Shown piece by piece: positions 34,883 to 44,446 of a stretch of DNA of 64,000 nucleotides. Numbering within the stretch: the first letter of the stretch is position 1; each line of letters opens with the position of its first letter. Origin of the DNA: Solirubrobacterales bacterium. Its GTDB lineage: Bacteria > Actinomycetota > Thermoleophilia > Solirubrobacterales > 70-9. Made by a program: the position numbers and the translations under genes. The notes under the pieces were generated by a model. It worked only from the letters and a program-made list of their open reading frames with translations. It was not told the origin of the DNA and did not search any database. The stretch lies in assembly GCA_036381235.1 (NCBI GenBank), contig DASVDE010000014.1, positions 35,306-99,305 on the forward strand. Reading direction: 5' to 3'.

Positions 34883-36423
34883 TGCCCCGCTTTCGCCTCA
34901 ACACCGAAGTGCTCGAGAACGATCGACGCCACGTCGCGCAACGCCCACTGATCGCGCTCGGCGGCGTTCGCCGGGCCGCAGCCGACGAAGAGCAGCGGGC
35001 CGAGCGAGTCGCCGCGGCGCAGGGAGCCGTGGCTGCCGCCGGGCACATGGGTTACCCCGCCCCAGTCCACCGCCTCGTAACCGGGCGCCAGGGAGACGAC
35101 GAAGTCGCCCGCCTGAGGCGCGCTCAGCGCCGACCAGACGCGGCCCAGCGGGTCGGGGAACTCGTCACTGCGAAGACGGTTGTCTTCGATCTCGGCCTCG
35201 ACGACCCCCGGCTCACCCTCGATCCGCCAGAGCCCGCCGCGGAGATCCCCGACCGGGCCGCCGGGTCGAAAGCGCAGCCGCTCGCCGCGGCGCTCGATCA
35301 CGGCGATCTCCCCTCCCCCCGCCGCCAGCCCCGGCTCGCGTCGCTCCAGCGGCATACCGGCGGCGTCCTCCAGCCAGCACACCAACTCGACCCCCTCGGT
35401 CTCGGCTAGGCGGCCGCCGACCGCGAACGGGTCGGCCGGGTCGCTCGCTTCCGGCAGGAGATAAACGTGCGCCGCGCGGCCGCTGGGGCTGACCGCGAGC
35501 TGCGCCTCCCCCGGCCGGTCCTCGGAGGGCTGCAGGACCTCCCATTCGCGGGCGAGGATCTGCGCCAGCGGCAGGCCGCGGTCGACGGGAGTCTGGGCAT
35601 GGTCGGCGAGCAGGATCAGGGCGTGGGAGTCGAGGAACTCGTCGAGCCCGCCGGCTGCCTCGAACAACTTGCCGAGGCATTGGTCGGCGCGGGCGATCGA
35701 CTCGACCGTTGCCTCGGGGCCGTGGCGGTGGGAGTAGTTGTCGTTGTCGGGCAGGGAGAGAAGGAGGAAGTCGAAGAGGCCCTCGCGCACCAGCTCCGCG
35801 GCGCAACAGGCCGAGTAGCCGTCGCGGTTGCCCGGGATCGAGGTCGACTTGCAGGGAACGTCGCGGCTGGCGTAGAGGTCGCCGTAGAAGAGCTCGCGCG
35901 GGCCCCAGGTGTGATGGTGAAACTTGAGCCGAGTGGCGTCGACGGCGCGTTTCATCAATCCCTCGAGCGAGACCTGGTGGCGATGGCGGCCGCGGTAGAT
36001 CAAGAACGGCGTGCAGGCGGTGCGGGCGCCGGCGTCGTCGAGCGCTTCGAACAGGGTCCGGACCTCAGAGCTGAGGTGGGCCAGGTTCATGTTGTAGACG
36101 AGGTCGTAGAGGGCGCGAAAGACCCCGACCGCACGGGTCGCCTCCAGCGAAGAGCCGTATTCGACGTAGCGGCGCTCCAGCCGGTGGTACCAGTTCATGC
36201 CGCTTATCCAGTGCCGGTCGGCGCCGACCCCGGTGACCATCTCGGCGCAGGCGACCGGGGTCACCGAAGGGAAGCTGGAAACGCAGTCGGGAACCAGCAC
36301 TCCGCGCTCCAGCAAAGCCCCGAGGGCGGGGGCTCGCCCCCCGGCGACGGCCCGCTCCAGCATGTCGGTGCGCAGCGAGTCGACGTAGGCGAGGACGAGC
36401 TTCTTCGAAGCGGGGGCGCTCAC
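34879..36423 (-). CDS. Alkaline-phosphatase-superfamily (type I phosphodiesterase / nucleotide pyrophosphatase-like) protein
   Basis: 514 aa with SFPSVTPVACAEMVTG (the metal/nucleophile region) and LSLPDNDNYSHRHGP...LLADHAQTP, typical of AP-superfamily metal sites. Confidence 0.6.
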   Translation of the reverse strand: MSAPASKKLVLAYVDSLRTDMLERAVAGGRAPALGALLERGVLVPDCVSSFPSVTPVACAEMVTGVGADRHWISGMNWYHRLERRYVEYGSSLEATRAVGVFRALYDLVYNMNLAHLSSEVRTLFEALDDAGARTACTPFLIYRGRHRHQVSLEGLMKRAVDATRLKFHHHTWGPRELFYGDLYASRDVPCKSTSIPGNRDGYSACCAAELVREGLFDFLLLSLPDNDNYSHRHGPEATVESIARADQCLGKLFEAAGGLDEFLDSHALILLADHAQTPVDRGLPLAQILAREWEVLQPSEDRPGEAQLAVSPSGRAAHVYLLPEASDPADPFAVGGRLAETEGVELVCWLEDAAGMPLERREPGLAAGGGEIAVIERRGERLRFRPGGPVGDLRGGLWRIEGEPGVVEAEIEDNRLRSDEFPDPLGRVWSALSAPQAGDFVVSLAPGYEAVDWGGVTHVPGGSHGSLRRGDSLGPLLFVGCGPANAAERDQWALRDVASIVLEHFGVEAKAGQ

Positions 36424-36453
36424 TCCCCGAATGATCCCGACCGCGCTCCCCGC

Positions 36454-36894
36454 CTACCTGAGGACGCGGAGGCCGGCGTGTTTGCGCTGGGCGCGGCGGC
36501 GGCGGGCGGCGCCGAGCCAGATCAGCCCGGCGATGACCAGCAGCGACAGGAACGGCAGCAGGATGGCGAGGCCGACGACGACGAGGGCTGCCAACGAGAC
36601 CATGAACCCCAGCGCGCCGGAACCGCCTCCCTCGCGCCGTCCGGCGCCGTGCACCACGTCGCTGATCACTATGCAGGCGACGACGGCGCCGAGCAAGCAG
36701 AAGAAGGCGCCGGCGCCGGCGGAGACGTCGGCGGTGCCGGCGAGCAGGAAGCCGACGACGAGACCGATCGCGCCGGCAAGCAGGGTCATACGCCCACGGG
36801 CCGAGCCACGCAGGCCTGTGGAGCCGGTCAGCATGCCGATCGCGAGGCCGATGCCGAGGACGAGAAAGATGCCGGAGAGCGATCCCACGCCCAA
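36454..36894 (-). CDS. Small membrane protein (4 TM helices), unknown function
   Basis: 146 aa, Gly/Ala/Leu-rich hydrophobic segments with a basic C-terminal tail. TTG start. Confidence 0.45.
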   Translation of the reverse strand: MGVGSLSGIFLVLGIGLAIGMLTGSTGLRGSARGRMTLLAGAIGLVVGFLLAGTADVSAGAGAFFCLLGAVVACIVISDVVHGAGRREGGGSGALGFMVSLAALVVVGLAILLPFLSLLVIAGLIWLGAARRRRAQRKHAGLRVLR

Positions 36895-36942
36895 AACCTA
36901 ACTCCCCTGGCGGGTCGGCGCCGATTCGGCCACACTGTTCCA

Positions 36943-38361
36943 ATGCCCGAACCGCCCCACCGACGCCGCGCTCATACCCGCACCCGCGACCTCGAGCGCT
37001 ACGCGGGTCTGTTCGCGGAGCGGACGCGGGTGATGCGCTCCTCGGCGATGCGCGACCTGATGGCGGTGACCGCGCGGCCCGAAGTGATCTCGCTGGCAGG
37101 TGGCCTCCCCGACACCTCGACCTTCCCGCCGCAGAGCTTCGCCGCGCAGATGACGCGGATCGCCCAGGAGTCGGCTGCCGAGGCGCTCCAGTACGGGCCG
37201 ACGGAGGGCTTCGAGGAGACCAAGGACTGCATCCTGCAGGTGATGGGCGCCGAGGGCATGCTCCCCGAGCCCGAGGACATCATCGTCACCACAGGCGGAC
37301 AACAGGCGATCGACCTCGCCTGCAAGACGCTCGTCGACCCGGGCGACGTGGTGATCTGCGAGGCCCCCACCTACCCCGGCGCGGTGCCGGTCTTTTGCAG
37401 CTACCAGGCCGACGTAGTGCAGATCGAGTGCGATGACGAGGGGATGCGAATGGGGGAGCTGGAAGGTGTACTGGAAGAGCTCGCCGCCGACGGGCGACGC
37501 CCGAAGTTTGTCTACTCGGTGCCGAGCTTCCAGAACCCGGCGGGGGTGACGATGTCCTTTGATCGCCGACGCCGCCTGGTCGAGCTGGCGCGACAGCACG
37601 AGCTGCTGGTGATCGAGGACAACCCCTACGGACTGTTGCGCTACTCGGGCGAGGAGCTGCCGCCGCTCTACCAGCTCGACGGGGGCGACTTCGTGATCTA
37701 CATCGGAACCTTCTCGAAGATCCTCTCCCCAGGCATCAGGCTCGGCTGGATGGTGGCGCCGCCGCCGGTGATGGAGAAGGTCGTGCTCGGCAAGCAGGCC
37801 GCCGACCTCTGCACCTCGACGCTGACCCAGTACTTCGTGCGCGAGTACTTCGCCGAAGGGCGCTGGCGCGACTACATAGAGAGCTTGGTAGAGATCTACC
37901 GCGGACGGCGAGACGCGATGGTGGAGGCGCTGGTCGAGCACTTCCCGGCGCAGGCGACCTGGACCGAGCCGGAGGGCGGCCTGTTCATTTGGGCGACGCT
38001 GCCGGAGTACATCGAGACCGGCGACCTGCTGGCGAAGGCACTGCGCGAGGACGTCGCTTTCGTTCCCGGGCAGGCGGCCTACGTCGACGGCCGTGGCCGC
38101 AACTCGATGCGCCTCAACTTCTCCGGCGTCAACGAGGACGAGATCCGCGAGGGAATCCGGCGGATCGGCAAGGTGATCGGCGAGCAGGTCGAGCTTTACG
38201 GTGCCCTCACCGGAGAGGACGTCACCACCGCCTCCGCTCCCGCTCGGCCGCAGGAATCAGATATGGATGCGGCGGGGCTCCCGCGTCCGGGGGTGGCGGG
38301 GTTGGAGAAGGACGGCGGAGAGGTTCTTCCCTTCAGGAAGACGGGAGAGGGCAGCGCGTGA
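36943..38361 (+). CDS. PLP-dependent aminotransferase, class I/II (2-aminoadipate/MocR-type fold)
   Basis: From the ATG at 36943: SLAGGLPD..FP, QYGPTEG, TTGGQQAIDL, NPAG, and the PLP-lysine region GTFSKILSPGIRLGW. The 964-aa ORF in the track is an upstream extension antisense to the preceding genes. Confidence 0.8.
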   Translation: MPEPPHRRRAHTRTRDLERYAGLFAERTRVMRSSAMRDLMAVTARPEVISLAGGLPDTSTFPPQSFAAQMTRIAQESAAEALQYGPTEGFEETKDCILQVMGAEGMLPEPEDIIVTTGGQQAIDLACKTLVDPGDVVICEAPTYPGAVPVFCSYQADVVQIECDDEGMRMGELEGVLEELAADGRRPKFVYSVPSFQNPAGVTMSFDRRRRLVELARQHELLVIEDNPYGLLRYSGEELPPLYQLDGGDFVIYIGTFSKILSPGIRLGWMVAPPPVMEKVVLGKQAADLCTSTLTQYFVREYFAEGRWRDYIESLVEIYRGRRDAMVEALVEHFPAQATWTEPEGGLFIWATLPEYIETGDLLAKALREDVAFVPGQAAYVDGRGRNSMRLNFSGVNEDEIREGIRRIGKVIGEQVELYGALTGEDVTTASAPARPQESDMDAAGLPRPGVAGLEKDGGEVLPFRKTGEGSA

Positions 38362-39290
38362 AGGTCGCGGTGCTAAAGGGCGGACGGTCGTTGGAGCGCG
38401 GTGTCTCGCTGCGCTCCGGAGCGCGGGTCGAGGAGGCGCTGGAGCGTCTCGGACACGATGTGGTCGCGATCGATGCGGACGGCGAGCTGGTCAAGCGACT
38501 GATCGCCGCTCGCCCCGACGTCGCCTTCATCGCGATGCACGGCCCGGGAGGCGAGGACGGCACAGTGCAGGAGCTGCTCGAGATCCTCGGCATCCCCTTC
38601 ACCGGCCCGGGGGTCGCCGCCTGCGGGCGCTGCATGGACAAGGTGCTGGCCAAGCACGAGCTGCGCGAGGCGGGGATTGCAACTCCGGACTGGTTTGCCT
38701 TCAACGAGACGGCCTTTCGCGAGCTTGGCGCCGCCGATGCGCTGAGTGGAATCGAAGAGCGGTTCGGCTTCCCCCTGGTGGTCAAGCCCAGCCGCGGCGG
38801 CTCGGCGCTGGGGGTGAAGTTCGCGGCGAGCTGGCTGGAGGTTCCAGAGGCGCTGGTCGCGGCTTTCAGCTACGACGACCGGGTCCTGCTGGAGCGCTTC
38901 GTCGAAGGGCGCGAGCTGGCGGTCAGCGTCCTCGGCAGCGAGCCGCTCCCGATCGTCGAGGCGGTGCCGGCAGAGGGCGATCGCTATGACTTCGAAGCGC
39001 GTTACGAGATCGGGCGCACCACCTTTGCCTGCCCGGCGGATTTGGAAGAGACAGAGGCCGCCGCGGTGACGGAGGCGGCACTCGCCGCCTACGACGCGCT
39101 CGGCTGCGCCGGCTTCTCTCGGGTCGACCTGATCCTCGACGAAGACGGGCCGCAAGTGCTGGAGGTCAACGCGATTCCCGGCCTAACCGACACCAGCCTC
39201 CTACCCCAGGCGGCTGAGGCGGCCGGCATGTCCTTCGAAGAGCTGGTCGAGAAGATCCTCGACCTCGCGCTGAAGCCCGCGGCCGCTTAA
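38358..39290 (+). CDS. ddl: D-alanine--D-alanine ligase
   Basis: The GTG at 38358 overlaps the upstream TGA as GTGA and follows GGGAGAGGG. The product begins VKVAVLKGGRSLERGVSLRSG and has an ATP-grasp body (HGPGGEDGTVQELLE, VVKPSRGGSALGV, EVNAIPGLT). Confidence 0.9.
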   Translation: MKVAVLKGGRSLERGVSLRSGARVEEALERLGHDVVAIDADGELVKRLIAARPDVAFIAMHGPGGEDGTVQELLEILGIPFTGPGVAACGRCMDKVLAKHELREAGIATPDWFAFNETAFRELGAADALSGIEERFGFPLVVKPSRGGSALGVKFAASWLEVPEALVAAFSYDDRVLLERFVEGRELAVSVLGSEPLPIVEAVPAEGDRYDFEARYEIGRTTFACPADLEETEAAAVTEAALAAYDALGCAGFSRVDLILDEDGPQVLEVNAIPGLTDTSLLPQAAEAAGMSFEELVEKILDLALKPAAA

Positions 39291-39781
39291 CCGTCCTCGC
39301 CTTGGGCGAAGTCCTCCGGGGTCACCTCGTCGAGGAACTCCTTGAACTTGTCGACGACTTCCTCGGTGTCCTCGACTTCGTGCTCGAACTCGATCGCCGA
39401 CTCCTCGATCACCTCGTCGGCGGCGAAGATCGGCGCCGAGACACGAACGGCGAGGGCGAGGGCATCAGAGGGGCGGGAGTCGATCTCGATCTCCGTGCCG
39501 TTGACCGAGACCGTGATCGAGGCAAAGAAGGTGTTGTCGCGCAGCTCCGTCACCGAAACCCGCTCGCACTTGGCGTCGAGTTGTTCGAGCAGGTCAGAGA
39601 GCAGGTCATGGGTCATCGGCCGGGGGGTGCTCGCCCCCTGCAGCTTCATCAGAATCGCCGCCGCCTCGGGGTGGCCAATCCAAATCGGCAGAAAGCGATT
39701 GCCGTCAACCGTCTTCAGCAAGACGATCGGCTGCTTGCCGACCATGTCGAAGCTGACGCCGTAGATCTGCATCTGCTGCAC
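39287..39781 (-). CDS. Bifunctional nuclease (BFN/DUF151) domain protein
   Basis: 164 aa with PIVLLK....R.LPIWIG..EA.AI......TPRPMTHDL and an acidic C-terminus. Start at GTG 39781 or ATG 39772. Confidence 0.7.
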   Translation of the reverse strand: MQQMQIYGVSFDMVGKQPIVLLKTVDGNRFLPIWIGHPEAAAILMKLQGASTPRPMTHDLLSDLLEQLDAKCERVSVTELRDNTFFASITVSVNGTEIEIDSRPSDALALAVRVSAPIFAADEVIEESAIEFEHEVEDTEEVVDKFKEFLDEVTPEDFAQGEDG

Positions 39782-39784
39782 GAG

Positions 39785-39858
<74 letters not shown>

Positions 39859-39918
39859 ACGATCCCCCGCTTCGGGGTGGCCGATGATAGCGGCAGGATG
39901 CGGGCCTCAGGCGACGCG

Positions 39919-40827
39919 TCAGGCGCGTCGGCGGGCCAGCTTGCGGGCCAAGGCGAGGGCTTCATCCAGGTCGGCGAAGCGGATCTCGACCGCGATTTCC
40001 TCTCCCTTCGGGTGGACGCGGACCTCGTGACCGATAGCGGACTCGAAATGGTCGGCGGTGGCGCGCATCGCCTCCATCTCCTCAGAGCTGTGCGTCCTTC
40101 GAGGCCTCTTCTCCTTCTTTGGCTGGCTGGCCAGCTTAGCCCGTGTCTCCAGCTCGCGAACCGACCATCCGCCCTTTGCCGCATCGCGAGCCAGACGCCG
40201 CCGGACGTCGTTGCCGGGGGCGGCAAGCAGGGCGCGGCCGTGGCCTTCGCTGAGCTCGCCGGACTCGAGCAGGGCGAGAGCTTCGTCGGGAAGGTCGAGT
40301 AGTCGGATGAGGTTCGAGACAGCCGGGCGGCTGCGCCCGACGCGCTTGGCCAGCTCCTCGCGCGAGAGCCCCAGCTCGTCAACCAGCGCCGCGCAGGCGC
40401 GTGCCTCGTCGACCGGGTTGAGGTCCTCGCGGACCATGTTCTCGATCAGCGCCACCTGCAGCCGCTCCGCCTGCTCGGAGTCGCGAACGATCGCCGGCAC
40501 CCTTTCCAGGCCTGCCTGCTGCGCCGCGCGCCAGCGGCGCTCGCCGGCGATCAGCTCGTAACTACCGTCGGGTAGAGGGCGGACGAGCAGTGGCTGCACA
40601 ACACCGCTGCTCTCGATCGAAGAGGCAAGCCCGGCGAGCGTCTCGGGGTCGAACGTCTTCCGAGGCTGGTTGGGATTGGGCTTGATCGTGGCGACCGGCA
40701 GCTCGCGCAGCTCACCCGCGTCTTCGGCGACGGTTTCGGGCAGGATCGCCGATAGGCCGCGCCCGATTCCCCGCTTGGTGTCGCTAGCCACGTCGCTCCA
40801 GCTCCTTGGCGAGGGCGCGATAGGCAT
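39919..40827 (-). CDS. parB: Chromosome partitioning protein ParB
   Basis: It has RGLSAIL, KPNPNQPRK.F, and LIAGERRWRAAQQAG (the GERRxRA box). An alternative GTG start at 40791 would reduce the overlap with parA. Confidence 0.9.
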   Translation of the reverse strand: MPIAPSPRSWSDVASDTKRGIGRGLSAILPETVAEDAGELRELPVATIKPNPNQPRKTFDPETLAGLASSIESSGVVQPLLVRPLPDGSYELIAGERRWRAAQQAGLERVPAIVRDSEQAERLQVALIENMVREDLNPVDEARACAALVDELGLSREELAKRVGRSRPAVSNLIRLLDLPDEALALLESGELSEGHGRALLAAPGNDVRRRLARDAAKGGWSVRELETRAKLASQPKKEKRPRRTHSSEEMEAMRATADHFESAIGHEVRVHPKGEEIAVEIRFADLDEALALARKLARRRA

Positions 40828-41542
40828 CGGACCCGCGCGATCGGGGTGAGTGCTCGGTCACGGGCAGACCATAGCTCGGCGCCTCGGCGACTCTGACGCT
40901 GCGAGGGATGACGGTTTCGAAGACCATTTCGGGAAAGTGCCGGCGCAGCTCCTCCTCGACGTCTTGGGCGAGGCGGGTGCGCTCATCGTGCATGGTGATC
41001 AACAGGCCCGACACTTCCAGGCCGGGGTTCAGATCGCGACGGATCATCCCCAGTGTCTCGAGGAACTGGACCAGGCCTTCGAGCGCCAGATACTCGGCCT
41101 GAACCGGGACGATGACCCTGTCGGCCGCGACCAGTGCGTTGACGCTTACCGGCCCCAGGGACGGCGGGCAGTCGAGCAAAGTGAAGGAGAAGCGCTCCCT
41201 GACCGGGCCGAGCCTCTCCCGCAGCCTCGTCTCCGACGCCTCGATCCGCGGCAGCTCGACTGCCGCGCCGGCAAGATCGCGGTTGGCCGGGACCAGCCAG
41301 AGGTTGTCCGGGCCCGCGGGTCGGGCGGCTTCGGCGACGGAGACATCGCCAGTCAGACAGTCGTAAGAGGATGGATGCAGGTCGCGGTCGTGGCCGAGGG
41401 CAACGGTGGCGTTGCACTGGGGGTCGAGATCGACCAGCAGGGTCTGGGCGCCGGACTTTGCCACGCAGGCGGCGAGATTGACCGAGGTCGTCGTCTTGCC
41501 GACGCCGCCCTTCTGGTTCGACACTGCGTAGACAAGGCCCAT
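40784..41542 (-). CDS. parA: Chromosome partitioning ATPase ParA/Soj
   Basis: 252 aa with the deviant Walker A NQKGGVGKTT and LLVDLDPQCNAT. Confidence 0.9.
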   Translation of the reverse strand: MGLVYAVSNQKGGVGKTTTSVNLAACVAKSGAQTLLVDLDPQCNATVALGHDRDLHPSSYDCLTGDVSVAEAARPAGPDNLWLVPANRDLAGAAVELPRIEASETRLRERLGPVRERFSFTLLDCPPSLGPVSVNALVAADRVIVPVQAEYLALEGLVQFLETLGMIRRDLNPGLEVSGLLITMHDERTRLAQDVEEELRRHFPEMVFETVIPRSVRVAEAPSYGLPVTEHSPRSRGSDAYRALAKELERRG

Positions 41543-41554
41543 GCGGGGCGCAGC

Positions 41555-42283
41555 CTAGTGGGACCCACGGGGGCGCTTCTTGGCCATGCCCGGTCGGCGG
41601 GGGAGATCTGCAGGAGTTGTGCCCGTCTTGCGGACTACGTGGAGATGGCGGTGCTCGCTGCCTGCGCGGGGGCCGACGGGGAGGATCTGCTCGGGGCGCA
41701 TCCCTAACTGAGCCGCGGCTCTATCCAGCTGCTGCTCTTCGTCGGGGTCGCGCCTTCCCTTCCAGGCGACCAGCACCCCGCCTTCTCGCAGAAGCGGAGA
41801 GGCCAGCTCGGCGAGAGTCGAGAGGCGGCCCACCGCGCGCGCGGTGACCGCCCCGTAGGCCTCGCGACCTTCGCCCCCCGCGAGCTCCTCCGAGCGCGCG
41901 TAGATCACATGCGCGTTCGAAATTCCCGAAGCATCGACCGCCCGTTGCATGAAGTCGCACTTGCGGCCGATCGACTCGACTAGATCTACCTGAGCTTGAG
42001 GGTTAGCCGCGGCGATTACCAGGCCGGGAAACCCAGCCCCAGAGCCAATATCCGCGATTCGATCGGCTTCGCGAAGCTCCGGAACCTCAAGCCCGGTGAG
42101 GCTGTCCTCGACATGGACCCGCCAAGCTCTTTCGTCCGTAATCGAGCTTACCGAGGCTCGCTCGCTCGCCAGAAGCTCCAAGACGCGCGCGATCGTCGCG
42201 CGCTGGGCGGGCTCGAGGGAGGGTCCCGGTAGGGGCGGAGCGTCTTGTACTTTTTCGTCGTCAGCCATCGTCCATCGCCGCAT
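41555..42283 (-). CDS. rsmG: 16S rRNA (guanine527-N7)-methyltransferase RsmG (GidB)
   Basis: It has HVEDSL and the SAM motif DIGSGAGFPGLVIA. Both candidate ATG starts (42283 and 42268) lie inside the loop of repeat-element copy 2, so the N-terminus is uncertain. Confidence 0.85.
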   Translation of the reverse strand: MRRWTMADDEKVQDAPPLPGPSLEPAQRATIARVLELLASERASVSSITDERAWRVHVEDSLTGLEVPELREADRIADIGSGAGFPGLVIAAANPQAQVDLVESIGRKCDFMQRAVDASGISNAHVIYARSEELAGGEGREAYGAVTARAVGRLSTLAELASPLLREGGVLVAWKGRRDPDEEQQLDRAAAQLGMRPEQILPVGPRAGSEHRHLHVVRKTGTTPADLPRRPGMAKKRPRGSH

Positions 42284-42328
42284 AGGCAGCTTCGAAAAAG
42301 TTAAGCGGAGTCCCTACCGGGACCCTCC
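42218..42328 (-). repeat. Structured repeat element, copy 2 (long hairpin between the jag stop and rsmG)
   Basis: A perfect 17-bp outer stem: GGAGGGTCCCGGTAGGG (minus strand, 42328-42312) pairs with CCCTACCGGGACCCTCC (42234-42218). The inner blocks are identical to copy 1: plus-strand 42292-42307 is the reverse complement of CGCTTAACTTTTTCGA, and 42237-42257 is the reverse complement of CGAAAAAGTACAAGACGCTCC. Confidence 0.7.
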
Positions 42329-42810
42329 TACTCGGAGACCAAGGGCGCGACGACCACACAGCGGCGAGGCTCGTCGCCCTCGCTGTAAGTCTCGACCCCG
42401 GAGCGCTCCTTCAGGTGCTCATGGACTACGCGGCGCTCCTGGGCTGTCATCGGATCCATTTCGACAGTGTGGCCGGCGGCGAGGGCCTGCTCGGCGGCGC
42501 GGTCGGCGCGGGCGACCAATGCCTCGCGGCGGCGCTCCCGGTAGCCGGCGGCATCGACGATGACTCGCTTGCGATCCCGCATCCCGCGGAAAGCTGCCTG
42601 ATAGCAGAGGAGTTGAAGAGCATCGATCGTTTGGCCGCGCTTGCCGATCAGCAGCCCGTAGTCGTCATCCCCCTCGACGATCGCCTCTATACGGCCGTCG
42701 TCCTCGCGTATCTCGACCTCCCCATCGAGATCGAGCTCGTCAAGCACGCCTTCGACGAGCTCTCGAACCCGCTCGGCGGGCTCTTGCGGCCAATCCGTCA
42801 TCTCGCTCAA
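42328..42810 (-). CDS. jag: Jag-like KH/R3H RNA-binding protein (lacks the Jag_N domain)
   Basis: 160 aa with a KH-like segment LLIGKRGQTIDALQ and an R3H-like segment ERRVVHEHLKE. It occupies the conserved position downstream of yidC. TTG start. Confidence 0.75.
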   Translation of the reverse strand: MSEMTDWPQEPAERVRELVEGVLDELDLDGEVEIREDDGRIEAIVEGDDDYGLLIGKRGQTIDALQLLCYQAAFRGMRDRKRVIVDAAGYRERRREALVARADRAAEQALAAGHTVEMDPMTAQERRVVHEHLKERSGVETYSEGDEPRRCVVVAPLVSE

Positions 42811-42811
42811 G

Positions 42812-43591
42812 CTACCGCCTCTTCTTCCGCTTTTTTTTCGGGGGCGGCGGCGGCGGTTTGGCCGCTGCTTTCTCTTCGGGTGTGGGAGCGTGTGGAGCGG
42901 GGATCATCCTTTGGATCGTGTACTGCTGGCCGATCGTCCAAACGTTTGTGGTGATCCAGTAGAGGACGAGGCCGGCAGGGAAGCTGATCACGAAGGGGAC
43001 GAAGATCAGCGGCAGGACGAACATCATCGTCCGTTGACTTTTGTCGGCGGTGACCGCCATCACCAGGCCGGAGATCAGCTGCGTGCCCACGTAGAGGATC
43101 AGTAGCGCGATCAAAACGCCGCCGGTTGCCTTAGCCGTCAGGTCGGGGATGAAGAGGAAGCTCTCCCCCCAATTGCCCGGTGGGACCTCGCTGCAGACCT
43201 TCGCGGTCTGGCCGCAGATGTCGAAGCGGAGATCGTGCTGAAGGACGTAGAAAAGCGTGATGAAGACCGGCAGCTGCGCTAGAAGCGGAATGCAGGAGGC
43301 GAAGGGGTTGACTTTGTTCTCCTGGTAGAAGCGCATCATCTCCTGCTGCATGCGCTGCCGGTCGTTTTTGTATTTCGCCTGGATCTCTTTGATCTGGGGC
43401 TGGAGAGCCTGTAGCGCGCGCATCCCTTTCAGCTGTTTGTAGGTGAGGGGGATGAGCAGCGTGCGGGTGACGATCGTCAGGGCGATGATCGCGCCGCCCC
43501 AGCTGAGGCCCACGTCGTGGAAAAAGTTGAGGACCTCGTCGGCGATGTCGACGAGGAACTGTGGGGCGAGCTGAAATCCGAGCGGCAGCAT
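42812..43591 (-). CDS. yidC: Membrane protein insertase YidC (short, Gram-positive type)
   Basis: 259 aa with IALTIVTRTLLIPLTYKQ...MQ.LQP....IQ.KYK.D, a 5-TM pattern, and a Lys/Arg-rich C-terminal tail. Confidence 0.9.
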   Translation of the reverse strand: MLPLGFQLAPQFLVDIADEVLNFFHDVGLSWGGAIIALTIVTRTLLIPLTYKQLKGMRALQALQPQIKEIQAKYKNDRQRMQQEMMRFYQENKVNPFASCIPLLAQLPVFITLFYVLQHDLRFDICGQTAKVCSEVPPGNWGESFLFIPDLTAKATGGVLIALLILYVGTQLISGLVMAVTADKSQRTMMFVLPLIFVPFVISFPAGLVLYWITTNVWTIGQQYTIQRMIPAPHAPTPEEKAAAKPPPPPPKKKRKKRR

Positions 43592-43863
43592 CAGCCGTGG
43601 GTCTCCCCGTGGTACTCAGCCGGATCGACCGGTCCGACCCGCAGCGTGAAATGGGACGGGACAGGATCGAAGCCGCCATGGCTGAAGGGATTGCAGCGCA
43701 GCAGGCGCCAGGCGGCGAGCAGCCCGCCGCGGGTGACTCCGAAGCGCTCGATTGCCTCGGTCGCATAGGCAGAGCAGGTTGGCTCGTAGCGGCAGCGGCG
43801 GGTGCGGGAGGAGGAGATCCAGCGCTGATAGCCGCGGATCGGGAGCAGGACGAGGCGTTTCAC
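43591..43863 (-). CDS. yidD: Membrane protein insertion efficiency factor YidD
   Basis: 90 aa with [12 protein letters not shown]......[15 protein letters not shown]...G...A..R..RCNPF..GG.DPVP. Confidence 0.9.
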   Translation of the reverse strand: MKRLVLLPIRGYQRWISSSRTRRCRYEPTCSAYATEAIERFGVTRGGLLAAWRLLRCNPFSHGGFDPVPSHFTLRVGPVDPAEYHGETHG

Positions 43864-44234
43864 GTGGAACGCCTCGTCCCCGAAGACCCTGCGAGAGCCT
43901 CCTCGATACTGGCGCTGACACCACTTGCTCCTTCGCGCTCGATCAGCTCGCCGATTTCGGGGCGGGCGACGAGGACGAAGTCGTAACCGGGAGGAAGCCG
44001 GTCAGAGAGCTCCCAGAAGGCCTCGCGCAACACCCGCTTGACGCGGTTGCGATCGACAGCACCGCCGATCTTGCGGCTGGCGGAGACTCCAAGCCTCACC
44101 TCGCGGTCCCCTTCCTCATCCGCGCTGCGAGGGAAGCTGTAGAGGACGAGGTAACGAGTCGCCTGGGAGGAGCCGTCGCGATAAACACGGTCGAACTCGC
44201 CGCTGCGTGAGAGGCGGCGTCGCCTTGCCGCCAT
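43860..44234 (-). CDS. rnpA: RNase P protein component
   Basis: 124 aa with [13 protein letters not shown]...[25 protein letters not shown]. It lies between rpmH and yidD. Confidence 0.9.
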   Translation of the reverse strand: MAARRRRLSRSGEFDRVYRDGSSQATRYLVLYSFPRSADEEGDREVRLGVSASRKIGGAVDRNRVKRVLREAFWELSDRLPPGYDFVLVARPEIGELIEREGASGVSASIEEALAGSSGTRRST

Positions 44235-44369
44235 TTAGACGGTCAGGCGCTTCCGGCCCTTGCGCCGGCGTCGCTTGAGGATGGCGCGACCGCCGCGGGT
44301 GCTCATCCGGGCTCTGAAGCCATGGGTCTTCGCCCGCTTGCGCTTCTTTGGCTGGTAGGTGCGCTTCAT
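44235..44369 (-). CDS. rpmH: 50S ribosomal protein L34
   Basis: It is not in the ORF track because it is under 60 aa. My translation is [44 protein letters not shown]. The TAA stop abuts the rnpA ATG. Confidence 0.95.
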   Translation of the reverse strand: MKRTYQPKKRKRAKTHGFRARMSTRGGRAILKRRRRKGRKRLTV

Positions 44370-44446
44370 CCGGCGCGCAGTATACGCGCGGAAAAGAGAC
44401 CGGGGCGCTTTGCCCGCGGAAGACCGGCTGATGTTTTCCGCGCGAT

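Noticed and set aside
35467-36942. A 492-codon N-terminal extension of the aminotransferase ORF (964 aa in the track).
   Set aside because: The extension is antisense to the AP-superfamily and small membrane protein genes and is compositionally junk. Aminotransferase homology begins only after the ATG at 36943.
44370-44446. The rpmH-dnaA spacer as the origin of replication.
   Set aside because: It is only 77 bp. It contains one small GC-stem palindrome around GTATAC and no convincing TCCACA-type DnaA boxes. The dnaA-dnaN spacer is the better candidate.
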